DNA of 64,000 nucleotides from Escherichia coli (GTDB taxonomy: Bacteria; Pseudomonadota; Gammaproteobacteria; Enterobacterales; Enterobacteriaceae). Position 1 is the first letter of the stretch. The number at the start of each line of letters is the position of its first letter. The DNA lies in assembly GCF_001677475.2 (NCBI RefSeq), contig NZ_CP015229.1; one strand, written 5' to 3'. Below the pieces are notes generated by a model. The model was not told the DNA's origin and ran no database searches. It saw only the letters and a program-made list of their open reading frames with translations. This document shows positions 23,924 to 32,845 of this stretch, one piece after another. A program made the translations under genes and the position numbers.

Positions 23924-24039
23924 GTTGACCTCATTTCCCCTTAACGCTGGGGTAGCGGAACTAAAAACCTGCTGCGCTGTTATACAAAGTGTTCCCGCCG
24001 TCATGTTCATACGCCTCGGGCTGGCTACTTAATCCCTGA

Positions 24040-24200
24040 CCACTACCGGGTAACTCTAGGTATTGCCCTGTATTGTGTGGGACGGGATGGGTTGGTATGG
24101 GAAAACTATAGGAAATGCCTAATTGCTTGTCAATAGGCTATGCCTAATGATTTGGGTGCGACCTAATAGGTGATGGTTTGTGGGAGAGGTAGTAGGAGTT
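24040..24200. promoter_or_regulatory. Putative OL/PL-type operator-promoter region
   Basis: Seen in sequence: repeated TGCCTAAT / TAGGCTATGCCTAA motifs between the repressor 3' end and the leftward operon. Confidence 0.4.
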
Positions 24201-24241
24201 AACTAACGGGAACTAGGAATTTCCCGTCGGACCATATAAGT

Positions 24242-24718
24242 TTAAGTTCCTGTCTTGGTGATGTTCTGGCTTTTCCGTTTTGATTCTTGATTTTTCAGAT
24301 AGTTAGCTACCTTCATTTCCATTGCGGCAATGTAGGCGCGAACGTCATGATCAACCCAACTAGGCTCCGTAGCATTTCCAGATAAGAGGAAAGCCACAAT
24401 TGCTCTTTTTTCATCAGAGGCGGCTTGATAAAGGCTGTTTATGTCTAAAAGTTCACTTTTTGTATCTGAAGTGGATGGGGTTGGTATGGGGTATTCGTTA
24501 AGCCCCCAATGCTCTGGACCAACCACATCAGAAAAGAAACGCCATAGTTCTGGAAGTTTGTCTTTACTTATCGAACCTTTCTTAATCCAGTCATGGATTG
24601 ATGGTGGTTGGACTTTGAAATGACGTGCGATTTCCGCCTTTGATTTGACGGCTCCTGATGCAATTTTTTTGTTAATGGCCTGCTCTATCGCTCGGCCTAA
24701 GTCTTTACCACTAAGCAT
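24242..24718 (-). CDS. Phage repressor, XRE-type HTH, no S24 peptidase domain (RacR-like size)
   Basis: 158-aa ORF; N-terminal HTH (SKAEIARHFKVQPPSIHDWIKKGSISKDKLPEL); divergent from cro-like gene; C-terminus lacks Ser/Lys peptidase motifs. Confidence 0.7.
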   Translation of the reverse strand: MLSGKDLGRAIEQAINKKIASGAVKSKAEIARHFKVQPPSIHDWIKKGSISKDKLPELWRFFSDVVGPEHWGLNEYPIPTPSTSDTKSELLDINSLYQAASDEKRAIVAFLLSGNATEPSWVDHDVRAYIAAMEMKVANYLKNQESKRKSQNITKTGT

Positions 24719-24842
24719 TGCTTAATAGTCTCCTATGCGCATCGCGTTAGGCAATACCTACTCTCGAAGCGTTAGGCATAGCCTATTGACAATCACATTA
24801 GGCTAAGCCTAATATTATTGTGTGTTTTTTGGAGTTCATTCG
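24719..24842. promoter_or_regulatory. Putative OR/PR-PRM operator region
   Basis: Seen in sequence: perfect palindrome TTAGGCTAAGCCTAA plus related half-sites GCGTTAGGCA and GTTAGGCATAGCCTATTGACA in the divergent intergenic region. Confidence 0.5.
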
Positions 24843-25166
24843 ATGAAAAAAGATAACTATTCATTCAAACGAGCTTGTGCTGTTGTCGGTGGGCAATCAG
24901 CAATGGCTAGGCTTTTAGGTGTATCTCCTCCAAGCGTAAATCAATGGATCAAAGGTGTACGTCAGTTGCCTGCTGAGAGATGTCCTGCGATTGAACGAGC
25001 AACAAAAGGTGGTGTCCTGTGTGAAGAACTTCGTCCTGATGTTGATTGGACATACTTACGACGCTCGTCATGTTATTCGCAGAATATGTCGATGAAGCAA
25101 CCAAATGACGAAAACGATCATACCCGAAGCATCAAGAGGCAAATGATTCATGAAAATCAAACATGA
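24843..25166 (+). CDS. Cro/YdaS-like HTH protein
   Basis: ORF 24822..25166; start at MKKDNYSF inferred; HTH (QSAMARLLGVSPPSVNQWIKG); divergent from repressor. Confidence 0.6.
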   Translation: MKKDNYSFKRACAVVGGQSAMARLLGVSPPSVNQWIKGVRQLPAERCPAIERATKGGVLCEELRPDVDWTYLRRSSCYSQNMSMKQPNDENDHTRSIKRQMIHENQT

Positions 25167-25575
25167 GCATATCCGCATGGCGATGAATGCCTGGGCATAC
25201 CCTGATGGTGAGAAAGTTCCTGCAGCTGAAATAGCCCGGACTTATTTCGAACTGGGAATGACGTTCCCGGAACTGTACGACGACAGCCATCCGGAAGCCC
25301 TGGCCCGTAATACCCAGAAAATTTTCCGTTGGCTGGATAAAGACACCCCTGATGCTGTTGAAAAAATGCAGGCTCTGTTACCGGCGATCGAAAAGGCGAT
25401 GCCGCCTTTGCTGGTGGCCCGTATGCGCAGCCACAGTTCTGAGTATTACCGTGAGATTGTCGAACGGAGGGATCGGTTGGTGAAAGATGTCGACGATTTT
25501 GTTGCGTCAGCGGTTGTTTTGTATGACCAGATGAATCGCGGCGGCCCGGCAGGAAATGCCGTGGTGATGCACTAA
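25150..25575 (+). CDS. YdaT-like / CII-position protein
   Basis: 141-aa ORF directly after cro-like gene; size and position match the Rac racR-ydaS-ydaT arrangement. Assignment by position and size only. Confidence 0.4.
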   Translation: MKIKHEHIRMAMNAWAYPDGEKVPAAEIARTYFELGMTFPELYDDSHPEALARNTQKIFRWLDKDTPDAVEKMQALLPAIEKAMPPLLVARMRSHSSEYYREIVERRDRLVKDVDDFVASAVVLYDQMNRGGPAGNAVVMH

Positions 25576-25582
25576 CAGCACG

Positions 25583-26566
25583 GTGTTCGGGGGTTTTATG
25601 AGCAGCAAGCTTCATGGTCTTGTCTGGGAAGGATGCGCCTTCACCGGCATGATCTTATCCCGGGTGGCAGTGATGGCCCGTCTTGCAGACTACAGCAATG
25701 ACGAGGGCGTGTCATGGCCTGCTATTGAAACTATCCGGCGTCAGATCGGTGCAAGAAGTGAATCCACAGTGAAATCGGCTATTGCAGAACTGGCGAAAGA
25801 GGGCTGGCTGACGAAGGAAGAGCGTAAGGTCGGTGGGCGTAATGTAAGCAATATCTATCGGCTTAATGTGGAAAAACTCGAAGCAGCAGCTGCGGCGGCG
25901 CGTGAGTCATATAAACCGAAAAGAAAAATTAGCCCGGCAAAAAATGACCCGTTAACAGTTGACCCGTCAAATATTGACCCCTCAACGGTTGACCCGTCAA
26001 ATTTTGATGGATCAACTGTTGATAAAAAACTGCCGATTAGGGGGACGATGATTGACCCCGATCAGTCAGTATTAAAACCTGATCCGTCAGATGAAAGATC
26101 TTCTTGTCCTGACGTTTCACTGCCGGACAAAAAACAATCATCACCAGTTGAGCGATTTCTGGAGAAACACCCGGATGCGCATACCTGGAATGTGCAGAAG
26201 CGACAGTGGGGTACCCGTGAGGATGTCGCCTGTGCGCAGTGGATTTGGGGACGGGTTGTTGCGTTGTATGAACAGGCCGCCAGTGATGATGGTGAGGTAT
26301 CACGCCCCAGAGAACCTAACTGGACGACCTGGGCGAATGATGTGCGCATGATGCGTATGCTGGATGGACGTAGTCACCGGCAGATTTGTGAAATGTTTGG
26401 GCGTGTCCAGCGGGATTCGTTCTGGGTAAAAAACATCATGAGTCCGGCAAAACTCCGGGAAAAATGGGATGAGCTGGTTATTCGTCTGGGGCGTTCGCCT
26501 GTACAGCGTTGCGTGAATCACATTTCTGAACCGGATACCGAAATTCCGCCGGGGTTCAGGGGGTAA
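25583..26566 (+). CDS. Replication initiator (lambda O-like) with internal origin iterons
   Basis: 327-aa ORF; N-terminal winged-helix-like region; central repeated peptide DPLTVDPSNIDPSTVDPSNFD encoded by DNA iterons. Confidence 0.6.
   Translation: MFGGFMSSKLHGLVWEGCAFTGMILSRVAVMARLADYSNDEGVSWPAIETIRRQIGARSESTVKSAIAELAKEGWLTKEERKVGGRNVSNIYRLNVEKLEAAAAAARESYKPKRKISPAKNDPLTVDPSNIDPSTVDPSNFDGSTVDKKLPIRGTMIDPDQSVLKPDPSDERSSCPDVSLPDKKQSSPVERFLEKHPDAHTWNVQKRQWGTREDVACAQWIWGRVVALYEQAASDDGEVSRPREPNWTTWANDVRMMRMLDGRSHRQICEMFGRVQRDSFWVKNIMSPAKLREKWDELVIRLGRSPVQRCVNHISEPDTEIPPGFRG
25944..26018. repeat. Replication-origin iterons (about 5 direct repeats of TTGACCCGTCAA-like units, ~15 bp period)
   Basis: Seen in sequence: ATGACCCGTTAA, TTGACCCGTCAA, TTGACCCCTCAA, TTGACCCGTCAA, TTGATGGATCAA inside the O-like gene. 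Confidence 0.55.
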
Positions 26567-26608
26567 GTGCTGATTTGAGGTCATGAAGTTATTTTCTCAG
26601 GAGAGTTT

Positions 26609-27010
26609 ATGGGGGCTATTTATACCGAAGAACAGCGGGAAAGGTTACAGCGTCACATCGTTGACCTTGTACGTAAAAACGGGCGTATGACAATGCCACA
26701 ACTGGCATCGGCAACATATGCTTCACATGATTCCATTCGCCGGTACCTGAAGATGCTGGTGAGCCAGGGCGAAGTGTATGTTGTCAGCGGAAAAGGGGTA
26801 TTCCTTTCAGAGAGAGTTTACCGTGAATGGCTGGCAAGTTCGGCAAAAAAATCAAGGGTTATCCGCAAACCAGCACAAAAACAGGGTAAGGCCGGAGTAC
26901 AACCCTACGACCGGCACCAGAACGTAATTTGCCGGGAATGTCGTAACAGCGAATCAATGCAGCGGGTACTGGCTTTTTACAGGGGTGGATTTCAGGAGCT
27001 CGTATCGTGA
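26609..27010 (+). CDS. Hypothetical replication-region protein (133 aa)
   Basis: ORF only; occupies the position of a P/helicase-loader gene but is too small and lacks ATPase motifs. Confidence 0.35.
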   Translation: MGAIYTEEQRERLQRHIVDLVRKNGRMTMPQLASATYASHDSIRRYLKMLVSQGEVYVVSGKGVFLSERVYREWLASSAKKSRVIRKPAQKQGKAGVQPYDRHQNVICRECRNSESMQRVLAFYRGGFQELVS

Positions 27011-27315
27011 AAAAGTGGGTGCGTGCCGAGATACTGATTCTACGGCAGTGTGCGGGAACAATGACGGTGGAATGCATCGGGATGCTTATTGGTCGTAGTG
27101 AGGCTGCGGTCAGAACGAAAGCGCGGGAACTGGGTATTAGTATGATGTTACGGGGTGATTATCACCAGTCAGCAAAATATCCGCAGAGTGATATTGAGCT
27201 GGCGCGACAGCTGCATCAACGTGGCGTGTCCAGGAGAGAAATCGCCAGAAAATTTGGAATGCCGCTGCGCACAGTGAATAACTACGTTTATTTCGACAGG
27301 AGGGTGTCTGCGTGA
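27007..27315 (+). CDS. Hypothetical HTH protein (102 aa)
   Basis: Possible HTH (GVSRREIARKFGMPLRTVNNY). Confidence 0.35.
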   Translation: MKKWVRAEILILRQCAGTMTVECIGMLIGRSEAAVRTKARELGISMMLRGDYHQSAKYPQSDIELARQLHQRGVSRREIARKFGMPLRTVNNYVYFDRRVSA

Positions 27316-27557
27316 AAATCCTGTATCAGGATTACGGCCCGGTGGGACAGGTGGTTATCAGCAGTACTGTAATGGAGTTCCGGAAGCATAACCGTGTGGT
27401 GGATGCAGTGCTGTTAGCCTGTCCGGGGATATCGGCGAGCCGTGCAGGTGTGTTTTTTATGAAGACGAAGTTATATGGCAGTACAGCGTGGATAAAGAAG
27501 GCGTACCGGGTAGCGTTGCAGGAGGTAAACAGTGAGCGAATCGGCAACCATTCTTGA
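27312..27557 (+). CDS. Hypothetical protein (81 aa)
   Basis: ORF only, overlapping neighbours. Confidence 0.3.
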   Translation: MKILYQDYGPVGQVVISSTVMEFRKHNRVVDAVLLACPGISASRAGVFFMKTKLYGSTAWIKKAYRVALQEVNSERIGNHS

Positions 27558-28020
27558 TATGTCCTGTGGCAGTCGTATGTTCTGGTTCGATAAGAATGAC
27601 GACCGGGCGATATTTAGCGATATCAGAAAAGAAGAGCACACATTATGTGATGGACGACGCCTGATAATTAGCCCTGACCTGATAGCAGATTTTCGTGCAT
27701 TACCATTTGCAGACGCATCGTTTCCGGTTGTTGTATTCGACCCTCCGCATCTTGAGCGTGTTGGTGATAACGCCTGGATGGGAAAGAAATATGGACGGCT
27801 GAATAAAGATACCTGGCGTGATGATTTGCGGCAGGGATTTAAAGAAGCCTTTCGTGTGTTGTGGCCACACGGTGTTCTGATTTTTAAATGGAATGAAACG
27901 CAAATACCTGTCCGCCAGATATTGGCACTAACCGACGCGAAACCAATCATCAGCCAGCGCACCGGTAAGAACGATAAAACACATTGGATTATTTTTGTGA
28001 AGGAAGCGACCAGTGGGTAA
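27532..28020 (+). CDS. Phage N6-adenine DNA methyltransferase (small Dam-like)
   Basis: 162-aa ORF with DPPH motif (VVFDPPHLERVG), characteristic of N6-adenine/N4-cytosine methyltransferases; nin-region position typical of lambdoid phages. Confidence 0.55.
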   Translation: MSESATILDMSCGSRMFWFDKNDDRAIFSDIRKEEHTLCDGRRLIISPDLIADFRALPFADASFPVVVFDPPHLERVGDNAWMGKKYGRLNKDTWRDDLRQGFKEAFRVLWPHGVLIFKWNETQIPVRQILALTDAKPIISQRTGKNDKTHWIIFVKEATSG

Positions 28021-28267
28021 ATCAAAATGCCAGGTTTATGGCAACAAGATAGAACCGTGTACGGCACTGGCAAACTCCCTTGAGCATGATGCTGAATACA
28101 CGACGCGAAAAGGTCTGCTGATATACGAAATCTGGAATGAGAGTTTAACTCGCGGCCCTGATTTGGTGATGTTGCGATCCGGTGAATTTTCTAAATCACC
28201 AGTTCGGGTTTCATTTTTCCCGTTCTGCGGTGAAAGTCTGAAAACGTGGGAGAACAGAAATGAATGA
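28013..28267 (+). CDS. Hypothetical nin-region protein (84 aa)
   Basis: ORF only. Confidence 0.3.
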   Translation: MGKSKCQVYGNKIEPCTALANSLEHDAEYTTRKGLLIYEIWNESLTRGPDLVMLRSGEFSKSPVRVSFFPFCGESLKTWENRNE

Positions 28268-28571
28268 AATTAGAGAAATACCAGTAGAACGTGATGAATA
28301 TGGCTGCTGGACACATCCAGAATATGAAAAATTCTGTGACGGTCGGGAATATATTTCAACGGAAGAGTTTAACGCCTGGATGAAGGAAAATAATCTTCAG
28401 TGGACTATTTGCAGCATGGATGAAGATTATTTAAATCCGGTTGCAGATGACCCCGATATTTCCGCCTGGGAACCGGAACGACCAGAGGGCGAAGGCTGGT
28501 TTATTAGCTCCATTCATGATACTGAAGATGGTCCGGTTTGTGTCTGGTTGCGAAACAAGGTGATGGCATAG
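28260..28571 (+). CDS. Hypothetical nin-region protein (103 aa)
   Basis: ORF only. Confidence 0.3.
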   Translation: MNEIREIPVERDEYGCWTHPEYEKFCDGREYISTEEFNAWMKENNLQWTICSMDEDYLNPVADDPDISAWEPERPEGEGWFISSIHDTEDGPVCVWLRNKVMA

Positions 28572-28874
28572 ATGAGAATAGAAAAAGCGAAAGCACAGCT
28601 CAGGATAATGCTTGCTGGTCCGGCTGCGAGTTATATGACACATTCACCAGCCATAAAGAAGGTTCTTGATGAACTGGAAGCCAAAGACAAGCGCATTGCA
28701 GAACTGGAGGCGAGGGAAATCCAGTTACCTGCTGGCTTCGACCTTCGATATGGACACCCGATAAATGCTGATGAGCGACATGTGATGATACCTAAAGAAA
28801 ATGGCAACTGGATTTATCGGACTGACTTAGAGCACGTACTACGTGTTGCAGGGATTCGAATTAAAGGAGACTAA
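28572..28874 (+). CDS. Hypothetical nin-region protein (100 aa)
   Basis: ORF only. Confidence 0.3.
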   Translation: MRIEKAKAQLRIMLAGPAASYMTHSPAIKKVLDELEAKDKRIAELEAREIQLPAGFDLRYGHPINADERHVMIPKENGNWIYRTDLEHVLRVAGIRIKGD

Positions 28875-29232
28875 CGTGGAAATAAAACCAGAAGATGAGT
28901 TAAGTAATATTGTTTTATTTCCGGTAAAAGAGGATGACCCACGTAATCAGGTTAATTTTCTTTATGAGCCATCGGAAAGACCATATTGTCATCACGCCTC
29001 TGTCCGGGTTGACGAAAAAGAGCGTCAGGTCCGCTGTAAAATCTGCGGTGCAGTTGTGGAGCTATTTGACTGGATGCTCTCTGTGGCGAAAAGAGAAACC
29101 AGACTGGCAGATGATGTAAGGATCTTGCGCCAGGAGGAACGGGAAAGGCGGAGAAATATAGAAAAGCTAATTCAGATTGAGCGTAACGTGAAAGCGCGGA
29201 TACGCAGGGTGACAAAATCCAGAACTGAATAA
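28843..29232 (+). CDS. Hypothetical nin-region protein with CxxC zinc-ribbon motif
   Basis: ORF; CKICGAVVE motif; basic C-terminus. True start possibly GTG near 28877. Confidence 0.3.
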   Translation: MLQGFELKETNVEIKPEDELSNIVLFPVKEDDPRNQVNFLYEPSERPYCHHASVRVDEKERQVRCKICGAVVELFDWMLSVAKRETRLADDVRILRQEERERRRNIEKLIQIERNVKARIRRVTKSRTE

Positions 29233-29280
29233 TTAAATTTAGCTCTGTTAAAAATTTAATCCTTAACCGGAGGTATATCA

Positions 29281-29493
29281 ATGTCAAACGCACAGAAAGT
29301 TATTAACGCTGAAAAATATAACGAGTGGGTGAAAAAGTTCTCAGAGCAGATTTTTAAAATTACTGGCGACGAGAATGCGGCAAAAAATGAATTAGAGCCG
29401 TGGACACCTGAAGGTGTCGACCCAAATTATTGCTGGTGGGATGTTGATCCAGTTGATGCTGCAAATGAAGCTATGAGTTATCACAACGATTAA
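29281..29493 (+). CDS. Hypothetical protein (70 aa)
   Basis: ORF only. Confidence 0.3.
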   Translation: MSNAQKVINAEKYNEWVKKFSEQIFKITGDENAAKNELEPWTPEGVDPNYCWWDVDPVDAANEAMSYHND

Positions 29494-29528
29494 TGTCAGG
29501 AGGCCGCCCGAAAGGGCGGTAATGAAAA

Positions 29529-30362
29529 GTGACTGAATTAACCAAAGAGCAATTAATCGAAGAAGCCAAATTAAAAATAGCGATTGCGAAATGCTACCCC
29601 AGTTCAGGGATGGCACGGGTAGAGGGCGAGTTATTCAAAATTGCACTGGCATCGCTGGAAGCAGAACCAATAGGTGCTTTCCACATTGTAGAACAGCAAG
29701 TTGACGGAACAAGTTACTATATCAAGGATGGGGAATGGCCTATTGATACTGGGATTATTGAAGTCTACGCCGCCTCACCGATGACGGTAGTGCTGAACGA
29801 TGTATCTGGACCTCTTGCTCTTGCTTACAAAGAGCTTACACCTGCGATTATGCGCAACCATATCGCTGTATTCGAACGATACGGAATAACCCCAAACGAT
29901 AGCATTACTACAATTCATGCGCTTCGAATTGCGCTGGATGGCATAGAGCGGAGCGACGCCATGCTTCATGGACGTCAGCCATGCCATCAAATTACCGCCT
30001 CAATGGCAAAAGCTATTGCGCTTAAACTTGGTGCCGAACTGAATAACGAAGAAGCAGAGATTTTCGCGGATGGGTATAACACCGCCATGCTTCATGCCGA
30101 AAACTTTCGGGAAAATAAGAATTCGTCAACCAATAATTTTCGGATAACCTCGGAAACGTCAACCAACTCTCCGGCAATCCCTGATGAGGTGTTGTCCGCA
30201 ATCCTGAAGGTCGCCAGGCTTCGTGCAGATTTCGATGCTTCTGAAGGTGACAGGCGAGGTATCGGTGGTTGTCTGGATGAGGCCGAGCAAGAACTTATCG
30301 TTACCATTAACAAATACGCCAGTCAGATCGCAGTAGAAGCGATACAGGGGGCGCACCAATGA
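29529..30362 (+). CDS. Hypothetical nin-region protein (277 aa)
   Basis: ORF only. Confidence 0.35.
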   Translation: MTELTKEQLIEEAKLKIAIAKCYPSSGMARVEGELFKIALASLEAEPIGAFHIVEQQVDGTSYYIKDGEWPIDTGIIEVYAASPMTVVLNDVSGPLALAYKELTPAIMRNHIAVFERYGITPNDSITTIHALRIALDGIERSDAMLHGRQPCHQITASMAKAIALKLGAELNNEEAEIFADGYNTAMLHAENFRENKNSSTNNFRITSETSTNSPAIPDEVLSAILKVARLRADFDASEGDRRGIGGCLDEAEQELIVTINKYASQIAVEAIQGAHQ

Positions 30363-30470
30363 GCCGGCCCGATGCATTTGCAGGCGTTGCTATAGCTATT
30401 GCTTTTCCAGTATATGTTATTTGTCGGTGGGGGTAAAAACGTTCGCCGGAATTCACACCAAGGGAGGGAA

Positions 30471-30575
30471 TATGTCGGATGATATTTCACTGGTAATGGA
30501 AGGCGCTCTGGCTGTTATTGCTGTTGTGGGTGTTTACTGCCTGGTTGTGTTTTTGATGGATCGCCTGGGGAACTG
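30471..30575 (+). CDS. Putative small hydrophobic peptide (34 aa)
   Basis: Hand translation: MSDDISLVMEGALAVIAVVGVYCLVVFLMDRLGN, single TM-like peptide; not in ORF track (<60 aa). Confidence 0.3.
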
Positions 30576-30763
30576 AATTCATTCCGTATGGGAATTCCCA
30601 TATCGGGCAAAAACGGTTTGCTGTAAAGCGAGAGTTAAGTAGAATTGCTGCGGGTGCTTGAGGCTATCTGCCTCGGGCATGCCGCCGTAAGGCAGACAGA
30701 GAAAAGCCCCAGTTAACATTACGCGTCCTGCAAGACGCTTAACATTAATCTGAGGCCATATCT

Positions 30764-30976
30764 ATGACTTGCACACGTAGGTTAGCCTCTTACGTGCCGA
30801 AAGGCAAGGAGAAGCAGGCTATGAAGCAGCAAAAGGCGATGTTAATCGCCCTGATCGTCATCTGTTTAACCGTTATAGTGACGGCACTGGTAACGAGGAA
30901 AGACCTCTGCGAGGTACGAATCCGAACCGGCCAGACGGAGGTCGCTGTCTTCACAGCTTACGAACCTGAGGAGTAA
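30764..30976 (+). CDS. mok: Mok-like in-frame N-terminal extension reading frame of the hok toxin gene
   Basis: 70-aa ORF MTCTRRLASYVPKGKEKQAMKQQK... containing the hok frame, as recalled for chromosomal mokC/hokC. Confidence 0.5.
   Translation: MTCTRRLASYVPKGKEKQAMKQQKAMLIALIVICLTVIVTALVTRKDLCEVRIRTGQTEVAVFTAYEPEE
30821..30976 (+). CDS. hok: Hok/Gef-family type I toxin
   Basis: MKQQKAMLIALIVICLTVIVTALVTRKDLCEVRIRTGQTEVAVFTAYEPEE, near-identical in pattern to recalled Gef/HokC. Confidence 0.8.
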   Translation: MKQQKAMLIALIVICLTVIVTALVTRKDLCEVRIRTGQTEVAVFTAYEPEE

Positions 30977-31044
30977 GAGACCTGGCGGGGGAGAAATCCC
31001 TCGCCACCTCTGATGTGTCAGGCTTCCTCAACGCACCCGCACTT

Positions 31045-31073
31045 AACCCGCTTCGGCGGGTTTTGTTTTTTCT
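31045..31073 (+). terminator. Rho-independent terminator downstream of hok
   Basis: Seen in sequence: hairpin CCCGCTTCGGCGGG followed by T-run. Confidence 0.45.
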
Positions 31074-31140
31074 GTGCATTCTGGTTTACAATTCGCACGC
31101 CAGCCTGAACAACTGGCACCTGCTGCGCCAGCAGAGACAA

Positions 31141-31422
31141 CCGATGGCGCACGATACCAAATTACACAATTCTGATGATTCTGCCGTTTTTGCCAGCAGG
31201 CACGGGCTGCGTTCTCACGCATTCAAATATGACTGGTATCAGCACGATCCCTGCACTGAAGAACAGGCCGAATGGCTGATTCATAACTACCGCAGACGTG
31301 GGTATGAGTTTAAGAAAGCCCTCAGTCTCGATTATCGTCACTGGATAATCTACGTCAGACTCCCTTATTCCGAACGCCCGCCGCGTCCATCCCGCACATT
31401 CCAGCAACGGATCTGGAGGTAA
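31141..31422 (+). CDS. Hypothetical protein (about 92 aa from internal Met of ORF 31015..31422)
   Basis: ORF only; start uncertain. Confidence 0.3.
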   Translation, partial: PMAHDTKLHNSDDSAVFASRHGLRSHAFKYDWYQHDPCTEEQAEWLIHNYRRRGYEFKKALSLDYRHWIIYVRLPYSERPPRPSRTFQQRIWR

Positions 31423-31423
31423 C

Positions 31424-32473
31424 GTGCGGGTATTACTTCGACCTGTTCCGGTGCCGGAACTCGGGCTGGTGGTCCTTAAGCCGGGCCGTGAATCCATGCA
31501 GGTATTTCATAACCCTCGAGTGCTGGTGGAGCCGGAACCGAAAAGCATGCGCGGTCTGCCGTCCGGAGTTGTTCCTGCCGTTCGCCAGCCGCTGGCGGAA
31601 GATAAATCATTGCTGCCATTTTTCAGCGACGAACGGGTGATTCGTGCTGCCGGCGGCGCTGGTGCACTGTCTGACTGGCTCCTGCGTCATGTTAAATCCT
31701 GCCAGTGGCCTCATGGTGACTACCATCACAGTGAAACCGTCATACATCGTTACGGTACCGACGCGATGGTGTTGTGCTGGCACTGCGACAACCAGCTGCG
31801 TGACCAGACCTCAGAATCACTTGAGCAACTTGCTCAACAAAACCTGACAGCATGGATGATTGACGTCATCCGTCACGCAATAAGCGGTGCGCAGGAGCGG
31901 GAATTATCGCTGGCTGAATTATCCTGGTGGGCTGTCTGCAATCAGGTGGCGGACGCACTACCGGAGGTAGTATTACGTCGTTCTCTGGGGTTACGTGCGG
32001 AAAAAATTCGCTCGGTGTACCGCGAAAGCGACATCATACCGGGAGAGCAGACAGCCACCAGCATACTGAAGCAGCGCACAAAAAATATTGTGCTATCGCC
32101 TCACGTCCACCAGCAACAGAACTCACCGCAGGAAAAGGCGGTTGTCAGCATTGCTGTTGATCCGGAGTCTCCGGAATCTTTCATGAAGCGACCTAAACGT
32201 CGCCGTTGGGTAAATGAGAAATACACTCGCTGGGTAAAGACACAGCCGTGTGCGTGTTGTGGTCAACCAGCCGACGATCCCCATCACCTGATTGGTCATG
32301 GTCAGGGCGGAATGGGAACAAAATCCCACGATATTTTCACGCTACCGCTGTATCGGGAGCATCACAACGAGCTTCATGCGGATCCGCTGGCGTTCGAAGA
32401 AAAGCATGGTTCCCAGATTGATTTAATTTTTCGTTTTCTTGATCGCGCCTTTGCAACCGGCGTGCTCGGGTAA
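31424..32473 (+). CDS. DUF968-like phage protein with C-terminal Cys/His cluster
   Basis: 349-aa ORF; C-terminal CACCGQPADDPHHLIGHGQGGMGTKSHD...REHHNELH resembles the DUF968 family found upstream of rusA/Q. Family assignment from memory. Confidence 0.45.
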   Translation: MRVLLRPVPVPELGLVVLKPGRESMQVFHNPRVLVEPEPKSMRGLPSGVVPAVRQPLAEDKSLLPFFSDERVIRAAGGAGALSDWLLRHVKSCQWPHGDYHHSETVIHRYGTDAMVLCWHCDNQLRDQTSESLEQLAQQNLTAWMIDVIRHAISGAQERELSLAELSWWAVCNQVADALPEVVLRRSLGLRAEKIRSVYRESDIIPGEQTATSILKQRTKNIVLSPHVHQQQNSPQEKAVVSIAVDPESPESFMKRPKRRRWVNEKYTRWVKTQPCACCGQPADDPHHLIGHGQGGMGTKSHDIFTLPLYREHHNELHADPLAFEEKHGSQIDLIFRFLDRAFATGVLG

Positions 32474-32485
32474 AAGAGGTTACTG

Positions 32486-32845
32486 ATGCGTATAGAATTT
32501 GTTTTGCCTTACCCGCCGACGGTGAACACCTACTGGCGACGCCGTGGCAGCACGTATTTTATATCGGAAGCCGGTAAGCGTTATCGCCGTGATGTGGCAC
32601 TTATTGTTCGCCAGCAGCGGCTGAAATTAAATCTGTCCGGAAGGCTGGCGATAAAGGTTATCACAGAGCCGCCGGATAAGCGCCGTCGTGATCTGGACAA
32701 TATCCTGAAAGCACCGCTGGATGCGCTGACGCATGCGGGGCTTCTCATAGACGACGAGCAGTTTGATGAAATCAATATTGTGCGCGGTCTGCCTGTTCCT
32801 GGTGGGCGGCTGGGGATAAAAATCACAGAGCTGGAGTGCGCATGA
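32486..32845 (+). CDS. rusA: Holliday-junction resolvase RusA
   Basis: 119-aa ORF aligning by eye with E. coli RusA (PYPPTVNTYWRRRG, RRRDLDN, GRL...ITE). Confidence 0.8.
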   Translation: MRIEFVLPYPPTVNTYWRRRGSTYFISEAGKRYRRDVALIVRQQRLKLNLSGRLAIKVITEPPDKRRRDLDNILKAPLDALTHAGLLIDDEQFDEINIVRGLPVPGGRLGIKITELECA

